Assembly: GCF_009914755.1 (NCBI RefSeq)
Contig: NC_060944.1
From: the human T2T-CHM13v2.0 reference genome, Homo sapiens
Reading direction: 5' to 3' (one strand)
DNA: 64,000 bases
Under the pieces are notes generated by a model, which worked only from the letters and a program-made list of their open reading frames with translations, did no database searches and had not been told where the DNA came from. Below are positions 58,021 through 64,000 of this stretch, piece after piece (position 1 is the stretch's first letter; every line of letters starts with the position of its first letter). Both the position numbers and the translations under genes were made by a program.

Positions 58021-59956
58021 GGGGCCAATCACCCCAGACCCTATGGCTGAGTGGGGAAGAAGTGGACACCATAAGGCAAGTTGGCAAGAGAAGAGGAAAG
58101 AGATGCTGGAAATCACTCTGCACATTTCCCGTGGCCACACTGCATCCTGTGTCCAGCTCCGCTTGCACACCCCCCCAGATGGGGGAGTCACTAGTCACTA
58201 CCGAGCCAGACAGGCTGTCACTCCGGCTGGTGCCCTGCAGTGTGGCCCTGCCCTCGTGTTCACCAGGGGTTTTATTTGTGGTCTTGGTCATGACCTGATC
58301 GAGGATCATGGGGTTCTCGGGCACAAAACTGAACTGCGAGAGGAGCTACAGGAGGGAGGGATGGGGGCGCAGACGGAGCGCGTAGAGAGGGGGTGGCCTG
58401 GCCAAGAGGAAGGGTTCAGAAGGTGCAGTCAGGAGACCTGGGTTTGATTCTGCTGCAGCTACTTAGCTAGTTTTGTGAACTCTGGCAGGGGATTTAACCT
58501 CTCTGAGCCTCAGTTTCCTTAACTGTAAGATGTGGGCAGCAGCAGCCCCCACCCCAAAGGGCTGCCGGGCAGATTCACTGAGATACTGGGTAGGAAAGCT
58601 CTTTCCCAGCTGCGAAGGGCAATGCAACCACAGGGCGGGGATCCACCAACACCTTTCCCCCAGAAGCAGGGCTTCCTACCCCACCCAGGGCTGTCCCTAG
58701 CTCCCGCTGTCCCAGGGCCAGACTCAGTTTCCATATTTGTTCATTTTACTTTCCAGTGTAAATATTTTTTCCATCTGTGGCAGAGGAGGAGGAGGATGGC
58801 ATTTTGACGTGAGACACAACATTTTCAGACACCCTCTGAAAGCATTTCCAGACCCTCACATGCTGGGTCTCATCCAAGGATAGAAAATGATTTATCGTGG
58901 ATGCTTTGGCACGTGCTTTTGGAGTTTTTCCTCCTAATGAAATGTTTAACTGGAAAAGCTGACATTCTGCTTTTAATTGATTCTCATGAGATGAGAAACA
59001 TTCCCAGGTAGGTTATATTAGGTTGAAAGTCTCCTATTCTAAATGAAATTAAATAACAAATAAAATTCAGTTCTTAAAAATGATTCTGTTTAACATTTTG
59101 AAGGGTGGCACACCAAAACATTATTGCCCATTTCCACATTATAGTAAACTCTAATTTATTTAGTTTTGCTTTGTATTAAAATTGTATTAAAATCAAAACG
59201 TTTGTTGACCCAATTTAGGTCTTCCAAGATTATCTAGTTAACATACTCTCTTAATAGTCACATGAATTCTCTTTTGTTGAAATATTTGCATTTTTAGCAA
59301 CTGTTTTTGCATATTAAATCACGGCTTTCATAGTGTGTGTGTGTGTGTTTCCACTGAATTTGGTGCACAATGAAGTTGCTAAATTCTTCCAGATTTGGGA
59401 CTGATGCCATCCTGCCTCTCCTGGTTTGACAGGTTGGGTTGTTGGTTACCGAGATATGATCCCCAAAGCTTCCTCTTCAGCAAAATAAATATTACATGGA
59501 TCCTTAAGCTGATCAATAGAATTTCAATATCTAAAGCAATAAAGAGATTAAAAAAATAAAACCTCCAAGTTACCTCTTGACGGTGAATAACATGCTTTGT
59601 TTGTTTTTTGATTAGATTGATAGAAGCCCACATGACTATAGAATCTCTGATGTCACATAGTGTTAGGCGCGCCAGAAGTAACTATAAAGTGAGTATTTCT
59701 CTTTTTGACTTTTCAAAAGCCAAAGCTAGACCTAATGCCAAACAGTGATTATTGTCTGGATACTATTGTTATAGGACCAACAGATTCGTATACCCACTGT
59801 GCAGTAACAGACCCATTACACCGAAACAGCAGAGATGAAGCAGGGAAAGAGTTTAATGATCACAGAGACATCTAGAGCCCAGGTCCTAGAATGAAAAACC
59901 TGGAATAGATCTGAACCCTACCAGTAGCCTGAACCAGGGCTGCTCCAGCCAACTCA

Positions 59957-60313
<357 letters not shown>

Positions 60314-60502
60314 TCATGCAGCAGATGCTGACTAATACAGAATCCAACAAGGTAGAGAGTGTTTTTACCTGGTCCATTGAGTATAGCCTTGTCATGCCTG
60401 AAAGCCCCAAATTTTAAAAAATAATAATAGTAATCCAGTTTTTATATTCAAAAATGAAAAATATTGAAAAACATAAAGAAAGATAACATCACCTATGACC
60501 TA

Positions 60503-60975
<473 letters not shown>

Positions 60976-61004
60976 AGCAAAACTATAAACCAACAAAAAC
61001 AAAC

Positions 61005-61885
61005 CTCGCAGTCACCCCTAACTCCTCTTTTGCACTCCCACATCCAATCTGTTAGCAAATCCTGCAGGCTCTGCAGAATTTGACCTTTCTCATCATCTCC
61101 TCCATCACCATCATCACCATCACTCCCTAGATTGAGGATGCCACTACTTTCTAACAGGTCTCGTTACTTTGCTCCTTGCCCCCTATCTATCTTCCATGCA
61201 GCAGCCATAAGGGGCTTTTAAAACCCAAGTCAGTTCATGTGACTCTTCTGAGATGGTCTCCCCACGGCTCCCCCTCTTACTCAGAGGGTTCCTTATCAGA
61301 AACTCTCAGGCCCCCAAAGAACAGCCCAGCCTTTTCCTCCAATCTCATCTTTTCCCATTATCCTCCTTGCTCAGTTAGCCTATCTTTTCCCAGTCCCTCC
61401 AACACACCAGCCACGCCCTGCCTGGCGTCCTTAGCTCTTTCTGTGTCGTTGGTTAGGAATGTGCCCACGCCTCATACTTGTATGGCTCACTCTCTTCCAT
61501 CAAGAGTTATTCAAGAGTTATCTGCTCTGGAAGGCTTTTCCTGGCTACCCCAGCTAAAATGTCACACTCACATGAGCTCATACACATGCACACACTTAAT
61601 ATGTACACACACACCCCTGCAAATGCATGCATGCACACACACATACTGCACATTTCTTCTTTCTTGCTTTATTGCTTCTCCTTGACCCTTTACCACCATC
61701 TAACATATGATACAGCTATGTTGCTTGTTCATTTAATATCTATATCCCTTGCTACAATATTCCTTCCCCAAGGGCAGGACGTTTTGCCTGTTTTGTTTAC
61801 TGCTGTACTCCCGGTGTCTAGAAAAGTGCTTGGCACATAAGTAGACAATTAATATTTGTTGAATAAATGAATGAATGAGTGAATG
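61005..61885 (+). mobile_element. L2 3' portion (continues from about 60590, split by the Alu)
   Basis: gtcacccctaactcctc...catccaatctgttagcaaatcctg...aatatttgttgaataaatgaatgaatg. Confidence 0.8.
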
Positions 61886-62407
61886 TAAAGTGCCTGGAAC
61901 GCTGCAAACATACAATAATAATAAAGCATAATCATTAGCACCAAACAGGTAAAAGAAGGATTTTCTTCCTTTTTCATTGTAGATGCTGTAAAAAGTTGAT
62001 AGAATTGAAAAATGGAGTTTAAATATATTACATAAAGTCATTAAGGCCACTGGTAGGAGAATTAGTAATAATCTAACTAATAAAAGCAAGGAGCTGAAAG
62101 GAATAAGGGGCAGTGGAGGGAATGTATATGAACAAAATTCCTCATCTCATCCCTGGAAATTGATCATTAATACAACACTCTACATCTATTTCTTAAAGCA
62201 GAGGCCTCAATTCTTTGGATGCTGGCCCTCAGGTGTTTTTATTTGTTCCAGACATTACTTTTAAAACTTTTTAGTTAGTTGCCAACCTTTGAAATTCGGA
62301 ATATTTCGCAGATAACTTGGTATTTCTGGCTTCTCTTGAAAATGATCTGGTTATGATTGTACCACTGCATTCCAGCCTGGGTGACAGGGCCTGCATTCTG
62401 CAATAGA

Positions 62408-62422
62408 GCCACCAGATGGCAC
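62408..62422 (+). promoter_or_regulatory. Candidate CTCF site
   Basis: GCCACCAGATGGCAC closely matches the CTCF core consensus. Confidence 0.55.
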
Positions 62423-62472
62423 AGAGTCACAGCCACTCCCTTTCCATGCCGCTTGAACTCTCCTGTTTGCTA

Positions 62473-62955
<483 letters not shown>

Positions 62956-64000
62956 CTATACTGTCTATGTGTTTCTGTGAATTCTCATTCATGTCTTGCT
63001 TCTATAATGAAAGGGCTATGACAGTGAAAGAAAAAAATAAAAATAATTTTTAGTACTTTAGAAAATACTGAAAACTATAAAGATTAAAAATAAAAACTGC
63101 CCATGTCCTACCAGTTACTAACAACATTTTGGTATATATTCATTCACCTACTCTTTTGTCTATGACAATAAATCAAGCTAGTTAGAAACGAGGACAGGTA
63201 TTGGGATATATAGACATTCTCACATCATTGAGACCACACAGTATACGACACGCTGTGGCATTTACTTTTTGAGATTATCAAGCATTTCACATGAGGCTGA
63301 GTTCACAAATATATTGTCTTTGCCAAAGTTACAAACAGTATCCACGATTTCCCCCAGGGTCTGGCTTTTTGGGTCTGGCTTTTTCTTTACTTCTGAACAT
63401 GTAGAAAAATGAATTATGTGCCTACCAAGACAACATTGCAGTTTTCCTGGCAAAGGCTAATTCTGCCGATGGAAACAGTGTTTTCATTTTCTTTCTTTCT
63501 TTCTCCCCACCATTCTATGCTTTTCTGGTTTCTCTGTGTGCGTATTTTCCCCCTGGATTTGACATTATAAAGTTGCTAAGTTCTTCCAGATTTAAGGTGC
63601 TATGCCATCTTAAATCTCTGGATTTGACAGGCTGGGCCAGTGGTTACTGAGATATGATCCAAGAAGCTTTCTCTGGGGCCATCTGTCAATCAGATGTCAG
63701 CTCATAAGGAGGAAGAACTTGGCTGCTGGCCTGCACTTGGATGCCAGAGTTGGTTGCCTTTTGCTTGAATTGTGTCTGCGCAGTGCTAGGCGCCCAGTAA
63801 ATTCTCATTGCATCCCTGATGGGTGAAACCTCATCAGGTAGCTCTTGAATGGAGATATAAAATGTTTGCCTCATGTCAACTCTTCTTGATCTTTTTGACC
63901 CATGTCTTCCGATCTGAACAGCATTTAAAACTTTCTCCCATTGTAGCACCTATGGCCATACTAACTTGTCTGATCCTATTGTGGGTGAATTTTTGAAGAC

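Noticed and set aside
59373-59476. H/ACA snoRNA reading of the duplicated module (hairpin followed by ACA)
   Set aside because: No ANANNA H box shared by both copies and no clear second hairpin; the module is left unclassified.
63686-63949. 87-aa minus-strand ORF near the window end
   Set aside because: Non-ATG start, no recognisable homology, and neighbouring frames are interrupted by stops.

Overview
This is primate, almost certainly human, genomic DNA from the TP53RK-SLC2A10 locus (recognised as chr20q13.12). It holds two divergently oriented protein-coding genes, and both complete CDSs can be rebuilt from splice signals. TP53RK (PRPK/Bud32, the KEOPS kinase) is on the minus strand: 2 coding exons, 3693-3411 and 1510-1032, 762 nt, 253 aa. 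SLC2A10 (GLUT10) is on the plus strand: 5 coding exons, 24014-24017, 39331-40614, 41154-41276, 43642-43777 and 48028-48106, 1626 nt, 541 aa, with a 3'UTR to about 50620. The rest is dense in interspersed repeats: about 27 Alu copies, L1, L2, MIR, ERV1/ERVL/MaLR solo LTRs and hAT DNA transposons. Repeat family names are from recognising consensus motifs by eye and their boundaries are approximate. I found no convincing new gene or system. The best second-look candidates are: (1) a ~105-bp module present in two diverged copies at 59373 and 63570, with block-like conservation and a hairpin; (2) the SLC2A10 poly(A) signals, which lie inside a MER63-like hAT transposon and were multiplied to four by nested tandem duplications; (3) an L2-derived, in-frame upstream first coding exon and a GC-AG exon-1 extension, either of which could give GLUT10 another N-terminus; (4) a strand-biased TTCGG minisatellite-like TP53RK promoter; (5) a pre-miRNA-like MER53 hairpin.
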